23,884 nucleotides of DNA from Candidatus Jordarchaeia archaeon. GTDB taxonomy: Archaea; Asgardarchaeota; Jordiarchaeia; Jordiarchaeales; Jordiarchaeaceae. Made by a program: the position numbers and the translations under genes. The stretch spans positions 1 through 23,884 of the forward strand of contig JAHQXB010000097.1 of NCBI GenBank assembly GCA_029856435.1, written 5' to 3'. Positions within the stretch are counted from its first letter, which is position 1; each line of letters opens with the position of its first letter. This document shows, piece by piece, positions 1-8,920 of this stretch. The notes under the pieces were generated by a model that saw nothing but the letters and a program-made list of their open reading frames with translations, was not told where the DNA came from and did no database searches.

Positions 1-3000
1 CTGGAGGAAAATTTTCAGAAGCCCCTCAAGGACTTCGGCCCAGCCCCATTCTGGTTTTTAAACAATGATCTTCCGGAGGAAGAGATAGACTGGTTTCTCC
101 AAGAATTAAGTAACAAACATAACTCTGGGGTTTTCATGCATCCCCGAACCGGAATGGAGGTTGAATATTTAACTCCTAATTTTTGGGAAAAAATTGTTTA
201 TTGTGTGGAAGCCTGTAGAAAGTATGGGCTTAGAGCTTGGCTTTATGATGAGTATAATTGGCCCAGCGGGGTATTGGGGGGAAAACTTTTACGGGAACAC
301 CCAGAGTACACTCAAGTTTACTTGGATTATAAGAGGGATAGATTTGAGAGGGGAAAACTCATCAGGATGCCTGTAGAAGGCAAAGTTGTGAACGCCATTG
401 CGGTGAATGATTCGGGAACCAAGGTTCTCTATCTCAAGGATAAGATTTCGGATTCTGTATTAGAGTATCAGCCTGAGTATGGTGATTGGAACGTAGTGGT
501 GTTCACTGAGAAAACCAACACTGATACCTTCTTTTGCACCACCTGTGCCCCTTGGGCGGGAAACGAGAAGGGCTACCTCGACCTTTTAAGTAAGGAAGCT
601 GTAAAATTTTTTATTGATCACACCCATGAGAAGTATAAGAAATTATTCCAGAAGGATTTTGGCGGTTTAATACCCGGCATATTTACTGACGAACCGGCGA
701 ATTATAGGGGATTGCCTTGGACTAGGAATTTCTTGGAGGAGTTTAGGAAGAGAAAGAATTATGATTTGGAGCAAAAAATGCACGAGTTGGCCTTCAATGT
801 GGGAACATATGTTAAGACACGCTGTGACTACTTCTCTGTGGTGTCTGAGCTCTTCTCTGAAGCTTTTTATGGCCAAATTGGAAGATGGTGCAGGGAGAAC
901 AATCTGATTTTTACGGGACACCTATTCATGGAGGAATCCTTGGAAACTGTTCCCTGCTATCACGGTAATGTTTACTCAGCCCTTAAAGAAATGGATATGC
1001 CGGGGATAGATTGGCTTGGGGTTAAAACTGGTTATGATGAAATTCCCCTAGTGGGAGCCCCAGATCTGGCTCCTAAGACGGCCAGCAGCATTGCTCACGC
1101 TAAGGGCAAAAAATTTGTTTTATGCGAGTATGGTGGGGGGAGCGGCTGGAACACCACATTAATGTCTCTTAAAAACTTGGTAAATTATCTCCAGGCTACT
1201 GGTATTAATTTTATGAATACTCACGCGGCGCACCTATCACTTAAAGGGCTACGCAAGAGAGATTTTCCACCCTCACACTTTGTTCAGCAACCTTGGTGGA
1301 AATACTATGCGGCGTTTGCAGATTACATTTCAAGATTATGCCAAATAAATAGTTCAGGTACACATGTCGCCGACATATTGCTACTTTATCCTCTTAGGAC
1401 TTTGTGGGCGGAGTACACTCTTAGGGGGAAAAGCGAGGTTTTTGAAAAGGTAGTAAAATTTTTTGGAATGATTAGCAACGCGCTCTTAAGAATCCAGAGG
1501 GATTATGATATTCTCTTTGAGGATGAGGTGCTCGAGAACTTAGTAACTTTAGAGGGGAATTGCCTGAAGATCGCAGATGAAAAATTTCGGGTTCTCATAC
1601 TTCCTCCAATGACAACCATGCCCATTTGGATTGTTAAAATGGTGAAGGAATTCTTTGAGAGTGGGGGAATCGTGATTAGCTTGGGAGTTCTTCCCACCAA
1701 TTCTGATGAAAAACAAAACGACTCAATCATTGACTCCAACATTAGGAGCATTTTTTCAGAGGCCGCTTATCAGAAAAAGAAAATCAGCAATAAGAATGAC
1801 AGGGGAGGACAAGCAATTTTCATACCGCTACCCGAAGATGTAGGAAGGGAGGAGTTGGAAAAAATTCTCCAGGAAACATTAGATAGCCTACTGGAAAGCG
1901 ATCTTAAGATTAACTCTTCTGAGAGACGAAATCTAATATATTTACATAGAAGAATAAAAACTGATGAGTTCTACTTTGTTGCCAACTTGTCGGCGAAAAC
2001 CATTGAGGGGGAAATCATACTGAACTCTGTGGGAAGACTTGAAAAGTGGAACCCAGAAAATGGGGAAATAACTCCGGTGTACACTTATAGGAGAGAAGAG
2101 GGAAAAACCATAATCCCATACGTGTTTGAAGCCTATGAGGGCGTATACTTTGTTGTGAAAAAGGGGAAAGAACAGAAACATGTAACATCCTCCAATGTTA
2201 ACATTACTGGAATTTATGAAACAGCCCAAAGAATCACGGCACACTCCAGAACATCTGAACCCAAAATAGTTTTCGAGGGAAGAAAACTCGCAGCGGAAAC
2301 GCAAAAGATTATAGAACCAATATCCATCTTCAAGTGGAGCGTGGAAATTCCCATCAACTATTACGTTTTGGAGCCTTGGAGAATAGAAGTAGGAAAATCT
2401 TCAGAGTCTAAGGATAAAAAGGAGAAGGAATCCAAACAGGTAAACATTTCCAGATACAGACCCATTGATGAACTCTTTGCAGGAATTCCCTCAGTATGCA
2501 AAAACCTCGGCATCGATATGAAGGAGTACGGCTTCTATGAGATCCTGGACATTTTAGACTCAAAGTTGAAGGAGGCGGGAATCGAGATTGCCCCTCAACC
2601 CGTACCCCTTGGGGAAGAGTATGAAATAACCGCCGAGTTTGAGGCGAAACATATTCCAGAACAAATTCTTCTAGTGTACGAAGACCTCGGAGAACCATTA
2701 GAAATTTATGTCAACAAGACAAAAGTTGAAGAAATCGCCCAAAAGTTTTTCCTCTGGGACCGAAGCAACCGCGCCCTAGACATTAAGAATTACTTGAAAA
2801 AGGGAGGAAACCAAATCACTATTAGAACCAGATACCCAGACTTCAAGGACAAGGTTCCCAGCACCCACGGAATAGAGCCAGTAGTGCTTGTGGGAAAATT
2901 TGCTGTTAGAGAGAAAAAAATTGAGGAACCAAAATTCAAAGACCTAGAAAAGGGTGAACCGGATAGAGGATTCCCCTACTACATTGGAGACCTCACGCTG

Positions 3001-3282
3001 AGACAAAAGTTTAACCTTGGAGAAGAATACTTGGACAAGAAACTAATTTTGGATTGCACCGGCTTCAAAAACGCTATTGAAATCAAAATAAATGGAAAAG
3101 TAGCCGGCACCAGACTATGGGCACCTTACAGACTAGATATAACGGAACTCGTACAGAAAGGGGAGAATACCTTGGAAATAATCATCACAAACACCGCTGA
3201 GAACCTCCTTGGCACACCCACACCAATAGCGGAGAAACAAGCAAGTATAATACCATACAACAAACACTTATTTAACTATTAA
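1..3282 (+). CDS. Large glycoside hydrolase, GH106 (alpha-L-rhamnosidase)-like / GH2-type beta-sandwich C-terminus; 5' end lies outside the window
   Basis: Frame 1 is open from base 1 (LEENFQKPLKDFGPAPFWFLNNDL...GVFMHPR), so the gene begins upstream of the tracked ATG at 136. Motifs F..P....P.PFWF.N, WLYDEYNWPSG, GIFTDEP, LCEYGGGSGW and HAAHLSLKGLRKRDFPPS, plus the C-terminal 'IKINGKVAGTRLWAPYRLDITELVQKGENTLEI', are typical of GH106-like proteins. Confidence 0.8.
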   Translation: MEENFQKPLKDFGPAPFWFLNNDLPEEEIDWFLQELSNKHNSGVFMHPRTGMEVEYLTPNFWEKIVYCVEACRKYGLRAWLYDEYNWPSGVLGGKLLREHPEYTQVYLDYKRDRFERGKLIRMPVEGKVVNAIAVNDSGTKVLYLKDKISDSVLEYQPEYGDWNVVVFTEKTNTDTFFCTTCAPWAGNEKGYLDLLSKEAVKFFIDHTHEKYKKLFQKDFGGLIPGIFTDEPANYRGLPWTRNFLEEFRKRKNYDLEQKMHELAFNVGTYVKTRCDYFSVVSELFSEAFYGQIGRWCRENNLIFTGHLFMEESLETVPCYHGNVYSALKEMDMPGIDWLGVKTGYDEIPLVGAPDLAPKTASSIAHAKGKKFVLCEYGGGSGWNTTLMSLKNLVNYLQATGINFMNTHAAHLSLKGLRKRDFPPSHFVQQPWWKYYAAFADYISRLCQINSSGTHVADILLLYPLRTLWAEYTLRGKSEVFEKVVKFFGMISNALLRIQRDYDILFEDEVLENLVTLEGNCLKIADEKFRVLILPPMTTMPIWIVKMVKEFFESGGIVISLGVLPTNSDEKQNDSIIDSNIRSIFSEAAYQKKKISNKNDRGGQAIFIPLPEDVGREELEKILQETLDSLLESDLKINSSERRNLIYLHRRIKTDEFYFVANLSAKTIEGEIILNSVGRLEKWNPENGEITPVYTYRREEGKTIIPYVFEAYEGVYFVVKKGKEQKHVTSSNVNITGIYETAQRITAHSRTSEPKIVFEGRKLAAETQKIIEPISIFKWSVEIPINYYVLEPWRIEVGKSSESKDKKEKESKQVNISRYRPIDELFAGIPSVCKNLGIDMKEYGFYEILDILDSKLKEAGIEIAPQPVPLGEEYEITAEFEAKHIPEQILLVYEDLGEPLEIYVNKTKVEEIAQKFFLWDRSNRALDIKNYLKKGGNQITIRTRYPDFKDKVPSTHGIEPVVLVGKFAVREKKIEEPKFKDLEKGEPDRGFPYYIGDLTLRQKFNLGEEYLDKKLILDCTGFKNAIEIKINGKVAGTRLWAPYRLDITELVQKGENTLEIIITNTAENLLGTPTPIAEKQASIIPYNKHLFNY

Positions 3283-3358
3283 ACACATTAACTTCAGAAA
3301 ATTATTTTAGTAATTCCTGTAATTTAAGAAACAATTCAGCCACTAGAGGAGGCACTGA

Positions 3359-4333
3359 ATGAAGGTTGTTTGTTTATGGAAATATTTTGGAGGAGACATA
3401 GAAGAATTCGTTAAGAAGAATCTACCACCGGGCACTGAACTAGTTTTCCCGGACACCGAAGAGGAAATACTTAGAGAAATTGAAGATGCGGATGTGCTAC
3501 TTTCTCACTGGGCTCCAGCAAAGATTATTGAAAAGGCAAAAAGGCTCAAACTTATCCAGACGGCGGCTGCGGGCGGAGACAGCATCGATTTTGTAGCTGC
3601 ATCCAAAAAAGGAATAATGGCCGCCACCGCCTCAGGTTGCAACGCCTCAGCCACAGCAGAACACGCCATTCTACTCATGTTAGCACTAGTTCGAAGACTT
3701 CCCCAAGAAATCAACAGGTTGCTCCAAGGCAAATGGAAAAAGTGGGAAGACAAATACGAGGGATACGAACTCCAGAATAAAACCTTGGGAATCATAGGAT
3801 TTGGCAAAATAGGAGTAGAATTAGCAAAAAGGGCCAAAGCCTTCGGAATGAGAATACTCGCCATAAAAAAGCACCCCCAAACCCCAAATGTGGAAAAAAA
3901 GGAATTGGGACTGGATTTTTTGGGAGGTTTAGATAGCCTAGACTATGTCTTGAAGAATTCTGATTTCGTGGTGCTCTGTGTACCTCTGACTGAGGAGACC
4001 AAAGAACTGATTGGGGAAAGAGAAATTCAATTGATGAAAAAAACCGCCTATTTAATCAATGTCTCCCGAGGCAAGGCTGTGGACGAGAAAGCCCTCGTTG
4101 AAGCCCTGAAAAATGGCAGAATAGCCGGAGCGGGACTCGACGTATTCTACGATTACATTCCCAGCCCCGACAACCCCCTTTTCAAACTGGACAATGTAGT
4201 CCTAACACCCCACATGGGAGGATGGACTAAGGAGAGCAGAGAGAGATGCTTAAGATTCGCCCTAGAAAACGTTTGGCGAATATACAGGGGAGAACCAGTC
4301 AAAAACCAACTAAGAGCAGAATTAGGATACTAG
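3359..4333 (+). CDS. D-isomer-specific 2-hydroxyacid dehydrogenase (NAD-binding)
   Basis: Rossmann motif GIIGFGKIG, NVSRG (catalytic Arg), GAGLDV and LTPHMGG (catalytic His). RBS GAGGAGG lies upstream of the ATG. Confidence 0.92.
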   Translation: MKVVCLWKYFGGDIEEFVKKNLPPGTELVFPDTEEEILREIEDADVLLSHWAPAKIIEKAKRLKLIQTAAAGGDSIDFVAASKKGIMAATASGCNASATAEHAILLMLALVRRLPQEINRLLQGKWKKWEDKYEGYELQNKTLGIIGFGKIGVELAKRAKAFGMRILAIKKHPQTPNVEKKELGLDFLGGLDSLDYVLKNSDFVVLCVPLTEETKELIGEREIQLMKKTAYLINVSRGKAVDEKALVEALKNGRIAGAGLDVFYDYIPSPDNPLFKLDNVVLTPHMGGWTKESRERCLRFALENVWRIYRGEPVKNQLRAELGY

Positions 4334-4378
4334 CATTAAGCAAAAAAATAAAAAAATACTTGGATTGGAGGGAAAGGA

Positions 4379-5305
4379 ATGAAACTTTTGGAAAATAAAA
4401 TCGCCGTAATAACTGGTGCCGGTAGAGGACTGGGCAGAGCCCATGCTCTTTACTTTGCTGAACAGGGAGCCAAAGTTATTGTAAATGATGTCAAAGAGAT
4501 GGAGGGTGAATATCTTGCAGACAGAGTAGTCAAGGAAATCGTTTCGACGGGAGGAGAGGCTGAGAGCAATTATGAGGATGTGTCCAGTTTTAACGGAGCC
4601 CAGAGAATAATTGAACAGGCCATAGACGCGTTTGGAGGTTTAGATATTCTGGTTAACAATGCGGGAATCCTTAGGGATAGAATGATATTTAATATGACGG
4701 AAAAAGAATTTGATGAAGTAATAAACGTACACCTTAAGGGAACCTTCAACTGCACCAGACACGCCTGTGCATACTGGCGAGAACGCTTTAAGAAGGGTGA
4801 CCACAGAGGCGGTTCCATAGTTAACACCACTTCAGAGGCGGGAATGCAAGGAAACATAGGCCAATCCAACTATGCTCCGGCAAAATCGGGAATAGCCACC
4901 ATGACCATAGTGGTTGCAAGAGAAATGAAAAAGTACAACGTAAACTGTAACTGTATAAGTCCGCTGGCAAGGACAGAACTTGCACTCTCCAGCCCACCGG
5001 TAGCAGAAGTCATGAAACTAATTCCAGCTAAACCAAACTTTGACCCCTTAGACCCCAGCAATGCTTCACCTCTGGTCGCCTTTTTGGCAAGCGATAAGGG
5101 GAGACGCATAACTGGAAAAGTATTCAGAATTATTGGCGGAAAAATCGACTTGTATAAAACTTGGGAAATTGAATCCACCATAGAAAAGGATGGGAGATGG
5201 GAACCAGACGAACTCGAGCATGTGTTAGCTAAACTTTTAGAAGACAAAACACGCCAAGAACAGACAGATCTCAAGCAAGGCCTTGAAAAAATTTTGAAAC
5301 CGTAA
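4379..5305 (+). CDS. Short-chain dehydrogenase/reductase, MFE-2/(3R)-hydroxyacyl-CoA dehydrogenase-like subfamily
   Basis: TGAGRGLG, VNNAGILRD, GNIGQSNYAPAK (YxxxK) and a C-terminal extension, as in MFE-2/HSD17B4-like SDRs. RBS GGAGG lies upstream. Confidence 0.88.
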   Translation: MKLLENKIAVITGAGRGLGRAHALYFAEQGAKVIVNDVKEMEGEYLADRVVKEIVSTGGEAESNYEDVSSFNGAQRIIEQAIDAFGGLDILVNNAGILRDRMIFNMTEKEFDEVINVHLKGTFNCTRHACAYWRERFKKGDHRGGSIVNTTSEAGMQGNIGQSNYAPAKSGIATMTIVVAREMKKYNVNCNCISPLARTELALSSPPVAEVMKLIPAKPNFDPLDPSNASPLVAFLASDKGRRITGKVFRIIGGKIDLYKTWEIESTIEKDGRWEPDELEHVLAKLLEDKTRQEQTDLKQGLEKILKP

Positions 5306-5514
5306 GCATAAGCTCCCAACACAATCTTCCAAAAAAAGTAAAATGCATTTCGCCAAGGCTTAAAAACTAAAACTAGTGTAACCAATTGGTAACTAGCAGA
5401 AATTAGAAATTCCTTCTGAGTGGACTGGATTCATTCTCTAAGCCAACTCTTGTAGGGGCGACCCAGCGGTTTTTCAAGCCTCCTTTATGGGTGTAATTGG
5501 ATACTGAATCTTGA

Positions 5515-6318
5515 TTATTGGGTTTTGGGATTATTTACAAGGACATAGTATAGGGCGCCCAGTTCGCCTGTAATATGAGAGTCGATAGGAATTGGTTGGT
5601 ACTCTTGGTTATAAATTGCTTCTATTTTGAAGCCACCCTCTTGAGCTAATCTTTTGAAATCCTCGTAGTACCAAAGTCTAAGTTTATGTTCCTCTTCAAA
5701 TTCAAATGTTCTGCCATTATCTTGGCCTCTCATTCTGAACTTGACGCATCGCAATTTATTTTTTGTGTCGTAGTGGTAGGGATTCCATGTGGCCTCTATT
5801 TTGACTCCGTTCATCTCCGCAAACCAAGTTTCGTCCGGCCTTTTCTCCCTTTCTAAGTTGTGGCAGGCACATGAGATTTCCACGATGTAGAGTCCACCCT
5901 CGACGAGGGATTCGGAAATGGCTTTGAAGTGGCTTACTATTTCTTGATCTGTATGTAGGTATCCGAGGCTGTTGATGGCGATTATTGCCGCGTCGAACTT
6001 GTCATTGAATCTCATTGTTACCATGTCACCTACTATTGCCTTTGCCCTGTGGGATAAACCTGCTTTCTCTATTTTCTCATTGGCATACTCAACCATTTTG
6101 GGACTGAGATCATACCCAGTTATATAGTACCCATATTTGGGGAAGGCTAATAGGAAGACTCCGCTTCCGCATGCAGGTTCTAAAACTCTTTTCACTTCAA
6201 AACTGCAGTACCTTTTGAAGCAGCTTATGTAAAAATTTATTTCCCCTGAAACGTCGCGCGAGAATGCGATATCATAGTACTTAGGCAGGTTGTAGAGTAT
6301 AAGTTCCTCCTCCGCCAA
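5515..6318 (-). CDS. Class I SAM-dependent methyltransferase (Methyltransf_25-like)
   Basis: Motif I VLEPACGSG, G.DLSPKMV, GDM, FDAAI and NSLGYL. The ORF track starts at 6468, but the first 50 aa look non-conserved. An in-frame TTG at 6318 preceded by GGAGA is the more likely start. Confidence 0.85.
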   Translation of the reverse strand: MAEEELILYNLPKYYDIAFSRDVSGEINFYISCFKRYCSFEVKRVLEPACGSGVFLLAFPKYGYYITGYDLSPKMVEYANEKIEKAGLSHRAKAIVGDMVTMRFNDKFDAAIIAINSLGYLHTDQEIVSHFKAISESLVEGGLYIVEISCACHNLEREKRPDETWFAEMNGVKIEATWNPYHYDTKNKLRCVKFRMRGQDNGRTFEFEEEHKLRLWYYEDFKRLAQEGGFKIEAIYNQEYQPIPIDSHITGELGALYYVLVNNPKTQ

Positions 6319-6809
6319 AATTTCTCCAGTCAAACCGCAAAAACCATTATTACTGCCTGTTGTAGCGCGGTGGAAGGCAGATACTTCTCCGGATTTGTCA
6401 ATGTTTTGGGGCGCGTGGGATTCTAGTGAAGTTTCGGAAACTAACTTCTTCATTATTCTAACCCTCACTTGACCTAGTGTAAAATTTTTAAAAAGTAGTG
6501 TTCAACGTATCATCCAAATACGTTTAAAGGGTATTTACCCTAAAATGGTTCTCTTTCCCGGCTGCTTTACTGCCAGAGGAAGAGTTGGGGTATTTTACCT
6601 TTTTTTTGCACAGGTATAGTGCAATTTTTAAACGGTATTGCCTATCTGCTAAACCTAACATTCGAATATCTGCAACCTCATTTAGACACTCTATTAAAAA
6701 AGGTATTTAACTACTTAAAAAGTTTGTCCTTTCATAAAAATATTATTAAAAACATTTATCTCTCAAATATATAAAAAGGACTACACAACAGCCACCACAA
6801 AATTTAGAA

Positions 6810-6850
6810 AAGGACCAAAAAACAACCAAAAAATACCAATCAACAAAAAG
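6810..6850 (-). terminator. Oligo-T tracts downstream of the Fe-S gene (putative archaeal terminator)
   Basis: Several T5-T6 runs lie on the - strand within 50 nt after the stop codon at 6860. Confidence 0.35.
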
Positions 6851-6859
6851 GGAGGAGAA

Positions 6860-7984
6860 CTAGTGAGCTCTCGCTATTCTGAACTTTTCCTCCATCTCGG
6901 CCTGGCTTTTAACTGGCACAACATTTCTAACCTTCTCAAGAGTGATGGCTCCATTCAGACAGTTAGAGGCGCACACCCCACAACCTATGCAGAGGTCTTC
7001 CCTTATCACCATAATGTCGTCAGACTCGTCTTCTGAGTGGGGCCAATGGTGAAATATTGCCCCCATAGGACATATTTCCATACACTTTTCGCACCTTTGA
7101 CACAAGTTGCCATTCCACCGTGGAGCAAAATTAGACTTTGTTATTGCGTTGTAGTTGTGGAATTCTCTCACGGATTTTAGAAAGCCGCAGCAGCAGGGAC
7201 AGCAGTTACAGATGAACACCGAAGTGTCCTGAATATTTATGGTTTCGTGCACTAGTCCTGCTTCTTCAGCTTTCTTCATGATTTCCATCAGTTCATCAAG
7301 GGTGACCTGGCGTCCCACTCCCTGGTCTAAAACGCTTTTTGCCAGAAAATCTGTGGTTACACAGAAGTTTTCATCAGTGCGTTTACAGGGTTCTCCTGCC
7401 AGTTTAGCTGCGTTTCTACAACTACAGGGAACCACCGCGAACAGGTTAGCTTTTGAGAGGTATTCTCTCAAAACTTCGTAGGGCAAAACTTGGTGCTGCA
7501 CCTCTAGTGATTTGTTTATTTCTATTATTTTTTCGGTGGGCTCTACAGAGGGAATTACACGGTAGAGGGGGTAGCCGCCTGCGCTTAGTTCGAAGGGGTG
7601 CCCGGCGTAGAATAATTCGCGGTAAGCTTTTGCCGCCTTCCTCATTCTTTCAGGGTCGTCCCGGTTATGGGTGAAGTATACCTCAAAAAGTCCGGGAACA
7701 AAGGGCATTAGGACATAAAAGTTGCCTGCCTTAATCACTTTGCCTTTATGAGCCATGTCGTCGAAAATTTTTTTCACTTTTTCTTCCGGGACCCCCGAAA
7801 GTTGCGCTATTTTTTCGGAGCTTAAAGGTTGCTGAGATTTCTCGAAAACGGCAAGTAGTTGAGCTTCCTCTTCACTAAAAATAGCCCTAAGCATCTCACC
7901 TACTGCTTTATGTTTTGGAAGTTTAATGGCTGTGCCCGTATTCATAATTTTTCTCAGCTTCTCATAAATATCGGTTTCAACCAT
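6860..7984 (-). CDS. Uncharacterised Fe-S protein: N-terminal winged-HTH-like domain, Cys-rich core and C-terminal 2x[4Fe-4S] ferredoxin domain
   Basis: HTH-like LSSEKIAQLSGVPEEKVKKIFDDMAHKG, PCSCR...C...C, ICNCCPCCCG, and the ferredoxin motifs CQRCEKCMEICP and CIGCGVCASNCL. The start was moved to the ATG at 7984 (track start 8005). Confidence 0.85.
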   Translation of the reverse strand: MVETDIYEKLRKIMNTGTAIKLPKHKAVGEMLRAIFSEEEAQLLAVFEKSQQPLSSEKIAQLSGVPEEKVKKIFDDMAHKGKVIKAGNFYVLMPFVPGLFEVYFTHNRDDPERMRKAAKAYRELFYAGHPFELSAGGYPLYRVIPSVEPTEKIIEINKSLEVQHQVLPYEVLREYLSKANLFAVVPCSCRNAAKLAGEPCKRTDENFCVTTDFLAKSVLDQGVGRQVTLDELMEIMKKAEEAGLVHETINIQDTSVFICNCCPCCCGFLKSVREFHNYNAITKSNFAPRWNGNLCQRCEKCMEICPMGAIFHHWPHSEDESDDIMVIREDLCIGCGVCASNCLNGAITLEKVRNVVPVKSQAEMEEKFRIARAH

Positions 7985-8640
7985 AAAAGATACCACCAAA
8001 ACCATTACCTATCATAATCCACTATTAGAGTGATTGATGATGATAAATGCTTCAAAGTACATAAAAAATCTTTCACATCTTATAAACCATTAGGAGCAAG
8101 CCTCACAAGTTACATAAATGTTTTCATAGGAATTCTTTTGCGTCTTATGGCATTATCAATTATTTATATTTTGCACCCCGTAGCCTCTCTCCTCCAGCTG
8201 TTTCTTGTACATAAGACCAGAAGTCTGCATTTTTGAATCCCTTCTTATTACCCCATAGTGATTCTCTAGAAATTTGACACTTGTCACAACTGAAGTGAGG
8301 ACTTGCTTCGCAAATGGTTCCAGAAAAAAGCTTAAGAAGTAAGGAGAAACAGCGAAAAAACTTATATTAAGATAAAAAAGATGAAAAATATGTTATTTAT
8401 AGGCTTCATCGCTTAACTGGCAACTGGGAACAGCACTATTCCAAATTTCGCCGCCAGTGAGAATCACTCCTAAAATATATTCCTTCAATTTTTCTTTAAA
8501 AAATCTGAGAACCTGAAAGGTTGGAGAAACTTTTTCCATTGAAACATGCTCAAACTTTTTGCGAAGACGCTTTTTTGGGGGAATTCACCTTTTCCAAGAA
8601 AAAAGAAAAGTGAGGATTAGAATTGGTTATTTTATCTACA

Positions 8641-8900
8641 CTTCGCAAGAAGACCCCTTCCGAAAGGGAGGGGATGAATTGCGGTTAAACTTAAACAACT
8701 CTTACAATCTAAAAAGTTTTTGGAATGTTCCCTTACAGAAAATACGACAGAGACCTGAATGCGTGTGTAAAAATAGCCCATAGGGTAACGAGCTCTATGG
8801 GATGGGGGAGCCGTGAGCCCCCCGAACCAGCAGATGAGGAGATGGGCGTAAAGCCTACTCTAAACGCTGGAAGCCCCGTCCGTTAGGGCGGGTAGCTCAC
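8641..8900 (+). mobile_element. Non-autonomous, internally deleted IS200/IS605-family element (both ends plus tnpB 3' remnant)
   Basis: Left-end hairpin CCCCTTCC-GAAA-GGGAGGGG (8654-8673), enclosed by CGCAA/TTGCG (8644-8648/8679-8683). Right-end hairpin CCCGTCC-GTTA-GGGCGGG (8875-8892), followed by TAGCTCAC ending in TCAC (8897-8900). A TnpB C-terminal motif lies between them. The left boundary is approximate. Confidence 0.8.
8746..8886 (+). pseudogene. tnpB: tnpB C-terminal remnant
   Basis: Manual translation gives DRDLNACVKIAHRVTSSMGWGSREPPEPADEEMGVKPTLNAGSPVR*. DRDxNA is the RuvC-III motif of TnpB. The rest of the gene is missing. An in-frame ATG at 8725 would give only 53 aa. Confidence 0.82.
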
Positions 8901-8920
8901 GTACCGAGTTAACCTTTAGA
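8746..8920 (+). ncRNA. Putative TnpB omegaRNA/reRNA scaffold plus flank-derived guide (8901-~8920)
   Basis: Stems at 8777-8783/8795-8801 and 8804-8811/8817-8823, and the right-end hairpin at 8875-8892. The loop GTGA (8813-8816) is complementary to the terminal TCAC (8897-8900), giving a pseudoknot. The 5' end is unknown. Confidence 0.55.

Noticed and set aside
8030-8370. 68-aa + strand ORF, and a - strand open stretch with CDKC (possible Zn-finger fragment)
   Set aside because: There is no convincing start/RBS or complete motif; probably AT-rich intergenic DNA.
8559-8783. 74-aa ORF across the mini-IS left end
   Set aside because: It runs through the left-end hairpin in a different frame from the TnpB motif; spurious.
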